Positions 52,469 through 62,886 of a stretch of 64,000 bases of DNA are shown here, piece by piece. Positions within the stretch are counted from its first letter, which is position 1, and the number at the start of each line of letters is the position of its first letter. Under the pieces are notes generated by a model. The model was not told the DNA's origin. It did no database searches and was given only the letters and a program-made list of their open reading frames with translations. A program made the position numbers and the translations under genes. The stretch lies in contig CAWGYD010000003.1 in NCBI GenBank assembly GCA_963826785.1, positions 351,270 through 415,269 on the forward strand. Reading direction: 5' to 3'. Origin of the DNA: an uncultured delta proteobacterium. Lineage in GTDB: Bacteria; Desulfobacterota; Desulfobacteria; Desulfobacterales; Desulfosalsimonadaceae.

Positions 52469-52777
52469 TTACCCTTTCAGCGTGGAGAGCGTATCGGTCT
52501 CCACGTTGCCGCAGCGTTTGGAGCACACGATCAGGATGGCCAGGAACAGGGTGGTTTCCGCCGCGGCCAGGCCCATTACGAACAAGACGGCCACCTGGCC
52601 GATACTCTCGGTGGCCGGGGTGAACCGGGCCGCGGCCATGATGGACAGGCCGGCCCCGGACAGCATCAATTCCACCCCGATGAGCATCCCCACCAGGGTC
52701 CGCCGGTTCAGCGCCCCGAAAAGGCCCAGTGCAAGCAGGACCAGTGCCGGAACCATGTAGTAAAAATACGGGTTCAT
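52469..52777 (-). CDS. nuoK: NuoK
   Basis: GVELML, GLAAAE, LKG terminus. Confidence 0.85.
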   Translation of the reverse strand: MNPYFYYMVPALVLLALGLFGALNRRTLVGMLIGVELMLSGAGLSIMAAARFTPATESIGQVAVLFVMGLAAAETTLFLAILIVCSKRCGNVETDTLSTLKG

Positions 52778-53289
52778 TGCTTCCGCCGTTCAAAACTGAG
52801 CAGGACGCCTCCGATCATGACCGCCAGCAGGACAACGGAAATCAGTTCAAACGCCAGCCCATAGGGGCCCAGAAGCGTTTTCCCGATGCTGCTGAGGGTA
52901 ACCGCCGGAGGAATTTCCGGAAACGTACGGGGCAGGTGCCCCAGCAGGCTGACATAGATCAGCACCGTGGGGAAGAGCGCCCCGAAAATCGCCGCCATGA
53001 CATATGCATACCCCTTAGAGGCTCTTTCTTCCGCGCCGGCCGGAGCCTGGGTGAGCATGATGGCAAAAAAGATCAGGATGCTGACCGCCCCCACATAGAT
53101 GAGGATCTGCATCATCCCGATAAAAAAGCAGTTCATCAGGAAATACATCCCGGCAACCCCGATCAGGGTGAGAATCAGGCCCAGCAGGGCCCTTACCAGG
53201 CTGGCACTGAGAACAGCGGTGAGCCCCCCGCCGATGATCAGGAGCAGGTAAACGGCATAGGTGGCAAAATTGAAAATATTATATAACAT
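52774..53289 (-). CDS. nuoJ: NuoJ
   Basis: QILIYVGAVSILIFFAIML, FELISVVLL. Confidence 0.85.
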   Translation of the reverse strand: MLYNIFNFATYAVYLLLIIGGGLTAVLSASLVRALLGLILTLIGVAGMYFLMNCFFIGMMQILIYVGAVSILIFFAIMLTQAPAGAEERASKGYAYVMAAIFGALFPTVLIYVSLLGHLPRTFPEIPPAVTLSSIGKTLLGPYGLAFELISVVLLAVMIGGVLLSFERRKQ

Positions 53290-53298
53290 GCCCCATTC

Positions 53299-53808
53299 TC
53301 AACGACCTGAACTGATACGGTGCACATAAAAAAAGTCCAGTAAATCGTAATGATAGTCCTGCCGTGAAAAGCCGGCCAGAAAGATCTCGTTTGAAAACCG
53401 CAGGGAATCCACCGGGCAGACGCGGATGCACTGGCCGCACAGGCTGCACAGGGTAAAATCGAGCCGGTAGCCCCGCAGCACCTTTTTCTTCTTTTTCACC
53501 TTCTTCCCCGGTTCCGCTTCGGCTTCTTCGGGGGCCACGGTTTCGATGTCTAAAGCGATGCAATTGGACGGGCAGGCTTTTTCGCACATGCCGCAGGCGA
53601 TGCACCTGGGCTTGTCCGCATCTTCCCCCTCGCCGGCCACCAGTTCGATGTGCCCGGCAAACGTGTCCAGGTTGGCCACCGCCTCGCGGGGGTACTCGAC
53701 GGTCTTGACCGGCATGAAAAAATAATGGCTGGTAATGCCCAGCCCTTTCATCAGGCTTTCAAATCCGTTCCATATTCTGACGATACGATTTCGCTTGGCC
53801 ATATTCAT
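53299..53808 (-). CDS. nuoI: NuoI (2x[4Fe-4S])
   Basis: [29 protein letters not shown]. Confidence 0.85.
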   Translation of the reverse strand: MNMAKRNRIVRIWNGFESLMKGLGITSHYFFMPVKTVEYPREAVANLDTFAGHIELVAGEGEDADKPRCIACGMCEKACPSNCIALDIETVAPEEAEAEPGKKVKKKKKVLRGYRLDFTLCSLCGQCIRVCPVDSLRFSNEIFLAGFSRQDYHYDLLDFFYVHRISSGR

Positions 53809-54783
53809 AAGATCCGGATCACCAGCGCGGTGATCCATATGTTTACCAGCGATACGGGGATCAGCCATTTCCAGCAGAAATTGAGCAGCTGATCGAACCG
53901 GATACCGCGGAAAGGTCCACCGCATCAGCATGATGACGAAAATAAGCCCGTACACTTTGGGCAGAAACCACCACACTCCCGGGTAGACCGGCCCCTGCCA
54001 CCCGCCCAGGAACAGGGTCGCCATCACGCAGCAGGACAAAAGGAGATAGGCGTATTCGGACAAAAAGAAAATGCCGAAGGCCATCCCCGTGTATTCCGTG
54101 TGAAACCCGGCGGTCAGCTCGCTTTCGGCTTCCGGGAGGTCGAAGGGTGCGCGGTTGGTCTCGGCCACGGAGCAGACGAAGAAGACCGCAAAGGCCACCG
54201 GATTGACCAGGATGTACCACTGCCACGGCCAGGGCCCCTGCCGCAGCGTGATTTCATAGAGGTTCAAGGTCCCCGCCATCAGGCAGACGGAAAGGACGCT
54301 CAGGATGAGCGGGATTTCATAGGCGATGGCCTGGGCCACCACCCGGGCCGCCCCCAGAAGGCTCCACTTGTTGTTGGAACTCCACCCCGCCAGGCAGAGG
54401 GCCACCGGGTTTATCCCCACAAAGGCGATGATGATGATCAGGCTGATCTCCGAATTGAGCCCCACCAGCCAGGGCCCGAAGGGGATGAACAGAAAACAGA
54501 GCGCCACCGGCGCAAACGCCATCAGCGGTGCGGCCATGAACAGGATGATGTCCGAGCCGCAGGGGATGATGAGCTGCTTGCTGATCAGCTTGATCCCGTC
54601 GGCCACGGTCTGGAGAATCCCGTAGGGGCCGACCTCCCGGGGACCGTAGCGCCGCTGGATGTGCCCCGCAACCTTGCGTTCCGCGTATACCAGCAGCAGC
54701 GCGTTTACGGCGATGAAGGTAAAAATGAAAACCAGGGCCGCCGCCAGGGCCAGCAGGTGCATCCATAATGGATTGATATTCAT
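53805..54783 (-). CDS. nuoH: NuoH; +1 frameshift at ~53904
   Basis: [35 protein letters not shown] joins [12 protein letters not shown] in the next frame. Confidence 0.85.
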
Positions 54784-55934
54784 CGGTCGATCTCCGGAAT
54801 GACCAGGTCGAGGCTCCCCAGCAGGGAAATGGCATCGGCCAGCAGGATCCCCGCCGCTGTTTCGGAAAACAGGCTCAGGTTGCTGAAACTCGGAGAGCGC
54901 AGCTTGATCCGGTAGGGGATGGTGCTGCCGTCGCTTTGCACGTAGATGCCGATTTTTCCCCGGGCGCCCTCCACGGCATGATAGGCCTCCCCTTTCGGCG
55001 GTCTGAGGTTGCGGGGAAGCTTCGGTATCACGTGGGGGCCTTCCGGCAGCATGTCGATGGCCTGTTCGATGATTTTGATGCTCTGCTCGATTTCGGCGAT
55101 GCGGACCCGGTAGCGGCCCATGGCATCGGCTCCGGTATCCGTGGGAATATCGAACGCCAGCTGCGGATAGACCGAATAGGGTTCGGCCCGGCGCACGTCG
55201 TAGGCCTTGCCCGACCCGCGCAGCACCGGGCCGGTGGCGCCGTAGCTTGCGGCCATGTCGGCGTCGATGATGCCGATTTCCACGCACCGCCGGCGTAAAA
55301 TGACATTTTCAGTGACCAGACCCCGGTACATGGGGAGCCGCTCGGTCATCCGCCGGCAGAAAGAGCGGGCGCCTTCGAGAAACTTTTTCGGCAGGTCGGC
55401 ATTGACCCCGCCGAAGGTGAAATAGGAATAGGTCAGCCGTGATCCGGTCACCATCTGGAGCAGGTCCAGGATGATCTCCCGGTCGTCGAACCCGTACATG
55501 ATGGGGGTAAACGCCCCCAGGTCCAGGAGATAGGCCCCCCACCAGACCAGGTGGGAACTGATGCGGTTGAGTTCGACGGCGATCACGCGGATGAACTCGG
55601 CCCGGGGCGGGACCTCGATCCCGGCCAGCTTCTCCACCGCCCCCACATAGGCGTGGTTCCATGCCAGGGCATGGACGTAGTCCACCCGGCCCATGTTGGG
55701 CATAAACTGCAGGTAGGTCCGGTTCTCCCCCATCTTCTCGTGCATGCGGTGAAGGTAACCCAGGACCGGCTCCGCCCTCAGGATGTACTCGCCCTCCAGT
55801 TCCAGAAGGATGCGCAGGACCCCGTGGGTGGAGGGGTGCTGCGGCCCCATGTTGACGATCAAGGTGCCGGGCCGGGCATCTTTTTCAAACTGCCGGATGT
55901 AGAGGTCTTCCTCCGGGTAGCATTCCAGGGTCAT
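54780..55934 (-). CDS. nuoD: NuoD
   Basis: NMGPQHPSTHGVLR, GYLHR, RVDY, EIDR; no NiFe CxxC motifs. Confidence 0.9.
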   Translation of the reverse strand: MTLECYPEEDLYIRQFEKDARPGTLIVNMGPQHPSTHGVLRILLELEGEYILRAEPVLGYLHRMHEKMGENRTYLQFMPNMGRVDYVHALAWNHAYVGAVEKLAGIEVPPRAEFIRVIAVELNRISSHLVWWGAYLLDLGAFTPIMYGFDDREIILDLLQMVTGSRLTYSYFTFGGVNADLPKKFLEGARSFCRRMTERLPMYRGLVTENVILRRRCVEIGIIDADMAASYGATGPVLRGSGKAYDVRRAEPYSVYPQLAFDIPTDTGADAMGRYRVRIAEIEQSIKIIEQAIDMLPEGPHVIPKLPRNLRPPKGEAYHAVEGARGKIGIYVQSDGSTIPYRIKLRSPSFSNLSLFSETAAGILLADAISLLGSLDLVIPEIDR

Positions 55935-56425
55935 GACTCTCGCTCCTCCCCCGGCGGGTCGGATGTGCCGCCGCCGCATATCCCGGAAAAAAAAGGCATC
56001 AATTCGGAGATTGGCTTTCGGGCCGCCTCATCTTTTACCAGCGGGGGGTTGCCCGCATTTTCGGAAAGCAGAAGCGGCAGGGGGTTCGGGTGGGAGACAA
56101 ACGTGATCCCGAACAGGTCGCGGCATTCCCGTTCATGCCAGGCGGCGCCGGAATAGATCGATGCGATGGAAGGCGCCGACGGCGCTTCGTGATCGGCTGT
56201 AAGCCGCAGGGTAATCCGCCCGGGTTCGTCGAAATGGGCGAAATGATACAGGAGCATGATTTCCTCGGAAAGATCGGTGGCGGTGATGTCTTCGATGAAC
56301 CAGCCGTGCGCCCGGACCGCGCCCGTCGCTTTAAGCAGATTCTCCGATGCGAGGCACAGGGTGATCTCCGCGTCATGTTGCACAACGGATGCCGGGGCCA
56401 GCCGCGCAATCCACCCGGGAATCAT
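55931..56425 (-). CDS. nuoC: NuoC
   Basis: [27 protein letters not shown]. Confidence 0.85.
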   Translation of the reverse strand: MIPGWIARLAPASVVQHDAEITLCLASENLLKATGAVRAHGWFIEDITATDLSEEIMLLYHFAHFDEPGRITLRLTADHEAPSAPSIASIYSGAAWHERECRDLFGITFVSHPNPLPLLLSENAGNPPLVKDEAARKPISELMPFFSGICGGGTSDPPGEERES

Positions 56426-56958
56426 TGCCTGCCGCCCCTTGCCGGTTCGGGCCACCAGCGGCGGCCGGTGATTTTTTCCTGGAGCTTGAAAAACCCTTCC
56501 AGGAGCCCTTCGGGCCGGGGGGGGCATCCGGGGACATACACGTCCACCGGGATCAGGTGATCGACCCCCTCGATGATGCTGTACTGGTCCTTGTAGACGA
56601 AAGGGCCGCCGGAAATGGCGCAGTTGCCCATGGCGATGACATACTTGGGGGCCGGCATCTGGTCATAGAGGCGGACGATGCCCGCAGCCATTTTTTTTGT
56701 CACCGTGCCGGCGATGATCAGCACGTCGGACTGCCGGGCCGAGGGCCGAAAGACTTCCGCCCCGAACCGGGCCAGGTCGAAGCGGGCCATTCCCGCGGCC
56801 ATCATTTCGATGGCGCAGCAGGCCAGGCCGAAGGTCATGGGCCACAGCGACATGGCCCGGCAGACGTCGAAAACCTTTTCCAGTGCCGGTATGCGGATGA
56901 GCGGCGGTTCGGTGATATTTTCGGTCACCCATCGCCGGTTTTGATCTTGTGGGGCCAT
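56422..56958 (-). CDS. nuoB: NuoB
   Basis: [29 protein letters not shown]. Confidence 0.9.
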   Translation of the reverse strand: MAPQDQNRRWVTENITEPPLIRIPALEKVFDVCRAMSLWPMTFGLACCAIEMMAAGMARFDLARFGAEVFRPSARQSDVLIIAGTVTKKMAAGIVRLYDQMPAPKYVIAMGNCAISGGPFVYKDQYSIIEGVDHLIPVDVYVPGCPPRPEGLLEGFFKLQEKITGRRWWPEPARGGRQ

Positions 56959-57311
56959 ATAAAAACTCCCTTTACCCTGAAATAAACAATCGCCGCGAAC
57001 AGCACGGCGATGAAAATGGTCAATTCAATAAACGGCAGCCATCCCGTGGTCTCCGGATAGCGGATGGCGACGGGCAGAAGGTAGAGCACGTCCACGTCGA
57101 ATGCGATGAAGATCAGGGCGTAAAAATAATAGGTGATTCCGAACCGGACCAGGGCGCCCCGGGTGGGCATGCCGCATTCATAGGGGGTCAGGATCCCGCC
57201 CCCGCTGGCCCGCGGGGTGATCCACCGGGCCAGGATCAGGGGGGTGGCGGCAAATCCGATGCCGGCAAACAAAAATATGGCGATGGACAGGTTCAGCCAG
57301 GTGAATTCCAT
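56925..57311 (-). CDS. nuoA: NuoA
   Basis: [26 protein letters not shown]. Confidence 0.85.
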   Translation of the reverse strand: MEFTWLNLSIAIFLFAGIGFAATPLILARWITPRASGGGILTPYECGMPTRGALVRFGITYYFYALIFIAFDVDVLYLLPVAIRYPETTGWLPFIELTIFIAVLFAAIVYFRVKGVFIWPHKIKTGDG

Positions 57312-57668
57312 GGCAGTTCCTTTGTTGCGTCTTAAGGCCCCCGGATGCCGTTGGCCTTTTTGGCAAAAAAACATCCGGATTAAAGCCGTTTGCAGCGTAT
57401 TTGCCGGCTTCCGGAAAGACACCTGCGGAAGTTACCCCGCATTACAAAAATAAGTATAAGATCGGGCTTTGGCCGCGCACACTTTATGGGGGATTTTTTT
57501 GGGGACTGTCTGCTGAAGAAGCGTAAAAGCGGTGTTGCGCCCTGCGGTATTTTTGCAACGGCTGCCGTGGGAACTTTTTTTTTGGGGGAGGAGGGGGGGT
57601 GGATTGGATCAGGTTATGCCTGAGTTTGGGGGGCTTATGTCGCAAGGCAATGTTGATGAAGGCGAAAA

Positions 57669-57920
57669 AAGCGCCCGACCCCGCCGGACGGTGTTTTTGC
57701 GGCAAAGAACTTTTGAACGGCCGCCGCAGGTCCGACACCCCCCTTTAATTCCCCCCTCAAGGGGGGATTCTTTTTTTTCCTCCCTCGAGAGGGGGGCTCT
57801 TTTATATTCCCCCCTGCGAGGGGGGACTCCTTTTTATATTCCCCCCCTGCGAGGGGGCCTTCTTTTTTTATTCCCCCCTTGAGGGGGGCCAGGGGGGTGT
57901 TCGGACCTGCGGATAACAAA
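57669..57920 (+). repeat. Repeat R10: full element with five hairpins
   Basis: Same left flank (AAGCGCCCGACCCCGC..CGGTGTTTTTGC..GAACTTT) and right flank (GGGGGGTGTTCGGACCTGCGGATAACAAA) as R8 and R11. Confidence 0.9.
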
Positions 57921-57976
57921 CCGGCCTTGTTCATCATCAAAAATTTTCGATGCCGGCGTTCAAAAATTGACGACTG

Positions 57977-59005
57977 TCAGGGCCGGATTACCACCTTGAT
58001 GTCCCGGGACTTTTTCCCGGCAAGATCCACAAAGGCGTCTTTTACCTGATCCAGGCCGATGGTGCGGGTGATGAGGGGGGCGGCATCGAGCCTGCCCGTG
58101 GACAAAAAATCAAGGGCCATGTCGAATTCATCCGGGTGGTATCCCAGCGCGGCCCTCTGTTCGATCTCCTTTACCGCGTACAGCAGGGTGGGAATCGACT
58201 GGGGATGAAAACTGATCCCGGCCAGCACCAGGCGGCCCCGTGATCTCAATGCCGTCAATGCCGTTCCGATGGCCGCATCGGCGGCAGATGTTTCCACCGC
58301 GATATCAAAACCGCCGGCGCCGGCTTTTTTCAGGGCGCGCTTCAGCTCCGGGTCGGCCGCGTCAAACACCCCGTCCGGCCACCCGGTGTCCCGGGCAAAG
58401 GATCTCCGGAATTCACTGATTTCGGTCAGGGCGACATACGCGGCGCCGGAAATTTTCGCCCAGGCGGCGCATAGAAGGCCGATGGGGCCGCCGCCGGTGA
58501 CGAGCACCCTGTCGCCCGGCCGGACGCCCGCCTTGCGGATCACGTGCAGTGCCACCGCTGCGGGCTCCACCAGTGCCGCGGCCGCATCGCTGATGGTATC
58601 CGGCAGTTTCCTCACCATTGCGGGAACCGCCCGGAGCGCCTCCGCAAATGCCCCGGGGCTGTTGTTCCCCGGGATCGGGCGCTTCATGGCCGCCGGGCAC
58701 AGGTTCGGATGCCCGCTCATGCATACGGCGCATTTCCCGCAGGGGTTCAGGGGCAGGACGGTGACCCGGTCGCCTGCGGCAAGATCCCCGCGGCTGCCCG
58801 GGTCCGATACGGTTCCGGCAAATTCGTGCCCCAGGATCAGCCCCGGCCGCCCGTCCATGCCAACGCCCATTTCCCAGTAATGGAGATCCGACCCGCAGAT
58901 GCCGCAGGCGGTTACGTTGACAAGGACATGCTCGCCGTCCGCCACGGGGGTATCGATCTTCACCATCTCCAGCTGCTTCGGGCCGGTCAGTTTGACTGCA
59001 CGCAT
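57977..59005 (-). CDS. Zn-dependent alcohol dehydrogenase (TDH/sorbitol-DH-like)
   Basis: CGICGSDLH, GHE, CGKCAVC..NLC, GGGPIG. Confidence 0.9.
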   Translation of the reverse strand: MRAVKLTGPKQLEMVKIDTPVADGEHVLVNVTACGICGSDLHYWEMGVGMDGRPGLILGHEFAGTVSDPGSRGDLAAGDRVTVLPLNPCGKCAVCMSGHPNLCPAAMKRPIPGNNSPGAFAEALRAVPAMVRKLPDTISDAAAALVEPAAVALHVIRKAGVRPGDRVLVTGGGPIGLLCAAWAKISGAAYVALTEISEFRRSFARDTGWPDGVFDAADPELKRALKKAGAGGFDIAVETSAADAAIGTALTALRSRGRLVLAGISFHPQSIPTLLYAVKEIEQRAALGYHPDEFDMALDFLSTGRLDAAPLITRTIGLDQVKDAFVDLAGKKSRDIKVVIRP

Positions 59006-59022
59006 GTAATGTGCATCTCCTT

Positions 59023-61116
59023 TCAACTGTTTTTTTTCTCCACCCGGCACAGCAGCGACTTGATGGGAACCGATGCGGTCACCGGGCACAGGTCCGCATC
59101 ATCGGTGAGCATGTTGATGTTGACGCGCTGCCAGCCGTTTTCCACGCCGTACCAGTAGCCGTGGGGCGAATGGACCACCCTGGGGTGAATGCCGTCGAAA
59201 TACCGGGCCCTGATCTCCACCGTCCCCCGGGGGGAGGATAGCCGCACCCATTCGCCGTCTTCAATGCCCAGATGTTTTGCCGTTTCCGGATGAATCTGGA
59301 GCTCTGGGTCCGGGGAGCGCTTCTTCAGGGACTCGATATTGCGATGGGAGGAATGATAATAGACCAGGTTGCGGCCGCCGGTGGTCAGGATCAGCGGAAA
59401 CTTACGGCAGGTTTCCGGACTGGCCACGGGCCCCTCCACGGGTTCCCGGAATACCGGCAGCGGGGAGATGCCCAGGTTCTGAAGATATTGGGCATAGAGT
59501 TCCACCTTGCCGGAGACCGTGCGAAAGCCGCCTTTTTTCTCATGGAGGTTGTATTGAAGGGGTTCGGCAAATTTTCCGGCCGCTTTGAACTATGCATAGG
59601 TCATGCCGATGGGTTCAAGCCGGTAGTCGAGGATTTCGCGAACCGTGGACCAGTACCCGGAAATGCCCATTTTTCTGGCCAGGTCGATGAGGATCTGCTT
59701 TTCATCCCGGCATTCGGGGACCGGGTCCACCGCCCTGGGCTGGGCAAAGACATGATTTTTCATGAGCAGGTCTTCCACATCGTCTCTTTCCGCCCAGTGG
59801 GCCGGGGGCAGGATCACGTCGGCCAGTTCGGTGGTGGGGGTATGGAAATAATCGACGCACAGCAGAAAATCAAGCGCGGACAATGCCTGTCGTACATGAA
59901 CGGAATTGGGATAGGCGCAGATGCTGTTGTTGGCGAACAGCCCCAGGGCTTTTACCGGGTAGGGCTTTTCCTCCAGGATAGCCGGCCAGACCACCTGGGG
60001 CGGGGACGGGATGGGGATAAACCCTATGAGCGGATAGGCGTCGAGTCCCAGCTTTTTTTTCGCCTGCTCCGGGGGAAGGTTGTTGTAAGCGGAGAAATCC
60101 GGCCCGTAGCAGCTTCGCTTCCGGGTGGGCGGCGAGCAGTGGAGATTTCCGCCCTTTGCCTCCAGGTTCCCGGTAATGGCGCTCAAAATGGTCAGGGCAC
60201 GGGTCAGGTCGAAGGCGTCATTGGCCTGGCACACCCCGCCCATGCCCGGGCCGATTGCCGCCGGATGCGCGCTGCCGAAGGCCTCTGCCGCCGCCTCGAT
60301 GTCTTTTGCCGCAAGCCAGGTCACCTCCGCGCACTTCTTTGCGGTCCATTCGGAGACATATTCTTTCAGCTGATCAAACCCCGTGGTCCAGTTTTCCACG
60401 AATTTTTTGTCATAGAGGCCTTGTTCGATGAGGAGGTTGATGAAGCAGAGCGCCAGGGCCACATCCGTTCCGGGCCGGATCTGCAGCCAATGGTCGGCCT
60501 TTGCCGCCAGGTTGGTCCTGCGCGGATCCACCACGATCAGCCTGGCGCCTTTTTTGAGCCCCTGGTTGATATCGTGCATGTACAGGCCCGGCCATGAAGC
60601 CTCAGGATTGTGGGCCCACAGCAGGATGGCCCGGGTGTGGGCATAATCCGGATCGGTGAGGGTGAACCCGCAGGTGGCCGCGCTCCCCATCACGATGGGG
60701 CCGCCGCTCATGTTGGATGGCGCCATGAAATTGGGGGACCCGAACCGGGCCAGGAAGCGGTTGAGGTACGGGGCCATCCCCCGGGTGGTCCCCGATCCGA
60801 ACACCACGGATTCTGCGCCGTATTTTTCCCGGCAGGAAAGCAGCTTCTCCGCGATGATCGAAAGGGCCTGCTCCCAGGACGTTTCCTCAAAACGCGTGCT
60901 CTGCCGGCCGCCCACCTTGACCAGGGGTTTTACGATCCGGTCCGGGTGATAGAGGATTTCCATGCAGGCCCGCCCCTTGGGGCAGGTATATCCGTGGCTG
61001 AACGGGTGATCCGCATCCCCCCTGATGCCGGTCACCCGGCCGTCTTTGACGTCGAGTATGACGCCGCACCGGCTGTGGCATTCAAAACAGATGGTCCGGA
61101 CCTGGTTGGTCATCAC
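59023..61116 (-). CDS. Cytoplasmic Mo/W-bisPGD oxidoreductase (acetylene-hydratase-like group) interrupted by an in-frame TAG at 59592-59590
   Basis: CFECHSRC..CPKG, IVVDPR, IRPGTD, ADVILP; the frame continues past TAG as FKAAGK..GFRTVSGKVELY..FPLILTTG. Confidence 0.85.
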
Positions 61117-61213
61117 TGTACCCTCACAACAGAATTGTCATCACGCCCCGGGGCACCGGATGTTCTCTCGCCAGGGCGCAAAGAATGCAAAGAATTAAAA
61201 AAACGTGCTGCTC

Positions 61214-61510
61214 TCAGATGGAAGCGATTTCGTTTAGCACCTTGATCTCCGGCTGGCCGGAGGCAAAGGACATGGCCTTTTTCATGAAGGCCTGGAAATG
61301 CGGGGTGCCGCCGTGTGCGGCCAGGGCATTCATATCCCGGTAGCGCTCCATGAACACCAGGGTATCGGGCTCCTTGTCGTCGATGCTCAGGGTGTAATAA
61401 AGCGTTCCGTCTTCCTTGGCCACTTCCGCCATCAGTTCTTTTACGGCCGCAAGGGCGTCTTCCTTTTTGTCCGGCTGAACCGGCACTCTGGCGATCACAG
61501 AAATCATCAT
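61214..61510 (-). CDS. ABM-domain protein (putative quinol monooxygenase)
   Basis: MISVIA, EDGTLYY, FMERY, AHGGTPHF. Confidence 0.85.
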   Translation of the reverse strand: MMISVIARVPVQPDKKEDALAAVKELMAEVAKEDGTLYYTLSIDDKEPDTLVFMERYRDMNALAAHGGTPHFQAFMKKAMSFASGQPEIKVLNEIASI

Positions 61511-61808
61511 GCATCCTTTTTTGGGTTTTAGGAGTAAACGGGTTGTGCCCATTCGCATTCAGATGCTTCGGGAGAAGGTATTGCTGCGGGCCCGGCCTTG
61601 AATACGAAATGGGATGATGATCGCTCTCTGCCCGAAAAAGTGGGCAGCAGATTGAATAATGATGTTTAACAGGGCGGGACGGGATCTGTCAACAAAAAGA
61701 GCGAACGTTCGTTTTTACTAGGTAGGCTTCGGGCAACCGTCAGGCTGTGACGTGAAAGACAATTTGACCTTGATGATCCTCCCAGGGTAGTTGGATAAAA
61801 ATCCCCTT

Positions 61809-62222
61809 GAAAGCCCCCCACCCCGCTGGGCGGTGTTTTTGCAGTAAGGAACTTTCGAACCCTGGCGGCCGCCGCCCGTACACCCCCCTTTAATTCCCCC
61901 CTCAATGGGGGATTAGGACTTGAAATTACGATCAAATCCTCCCATCGAGGGAGGGGGAAACTCTTTTTTTTATCCCCCCATACAAGCATACAAGGGGGGC
62001 ACCTTTTTTTATTCCCCCCTGTAGAGGGGACTCCTTTTTCCATTCTCCCCTATGAGAGGGGACTTCTTTTTTCTTCCCCCATGTGAGAAGGGACTCTTTT
62101 TTTTATTCCCCCCAGCGAGAGGGAGCACCCTTTTTTATTCCCCCCAGCGAGAGGGGGCACCCTTTTTTATTCCCCCCTTGAGGGGGGCCAGGGGGGTGTT
62201 CGGACCTGCGGACAACAAAAAA
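61809..62222 (+). repeat. Repeat R11: full element with about nine hairpins
   Basis: Conserved flanks plus ~31-bp units (T-run)ATTCCCCCC-loop-G(A)GGGG(AC/GC). Confidence 0.9.
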
Positions 62223-62332
62223 ATAAAGGCCCGCATTACGATATGGATCAGCACAACATGCTTTTACCCAGACCAGGAGTTTATCTTCATGGTCTTTGCG
62301 CTCTGGCGGGATTCAGTATATTACCGGGGCCG

Positions 62333-62794
62333 TCAGTGTTCGGTGCTGTGCAGGATGTGGCGGGGGTCGGCACGATTTTCGCCGGCCTCATCCGAGGCGG
62401 TCCGGTAATCGCCCCGCAGCACCTTTAGTGCATTTCTTTCGATTTCGATTTCCCGGGGCGTCCGGACGCCCATGCGGCGGATGATGGAAAGCGGCGGGCA
62501 CCAGCCCTGCAGGGCATGCTGCAGCAGAAAGGCGGTCACCAGTCCGGGTAAGATCAGCCATTTGCGGTTTACGAATGCGCCCAGGCCGGTTCCGACCAGG
62601 GCCAGTGTGGCGGCATTGGCCTCCAGGGTCCGTTCCGTGTTCCATTCCGCATCCAGTTCCTCCAGGCGACGGTCGATGGCCATGGGCGTCGCCCCGATGT
62701 ATCGCTCCACGTTTTTCTTTATCCGGCGGCGCATTTCCTCGTTGATATGGTCGGCCGTGTGACTGGCCACACGCGTGGTGGTATCGGGCAGCAT
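62333..62794 (-). CDS. DUF2892 membrane protein
   Basis: EWNTERTLEANA, FLLQHALQGWCPP, GVRT..EIEIER; RBS AGGAGG. Confidence 0.8.
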   Translation of the reverse strand: MLPDTTTRVASHTADHINEEMRRRIKKNVERYIGATPMAIDRRLEELDAEWNTERTLEANAATLALVGTGLGAFVNRKWLILPGLVTAFLLQHALQGWCPPLSIIRRMGVRTPREIEIERNALKVLRGDYRTASDEAGENRADPRHILHSTEH

Positions 62795-62886
62795 ATCTTT
62801 CCTCCTTTTGTGTGATATGGCCTGAGCTGCAAAAAAGCGGCTTCAGACCAGTTTTTGAGTTATTGAATGATCTTTAATGTCTTCGA

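Noticed and set aside
53299..55287. 662-aa NuoH-NuoI fusion in the ORF track
   Set aside because: Removing one base at ~53904 restores the NuoH end ([12 protein letters not shown]..., stop 53805) overlapping the nuoI ATG.
54780..56958. Group 4 [NiFe] hydrogenase
   Set aside because: The large subunit lacks both CxxC motifs; the motifs are complex I type.
59023..61116. True acetylene hydratase
   Set aside because: The catalytic Asp position is His and the expected Cys ligand is not evident.
61880..62200. CRISPR array (also 41355-41540 and 57735-57900)
   Set aside because: Period is ~31 bp with no unique spacers, the repeats are degenerate, and there are no cas genes.
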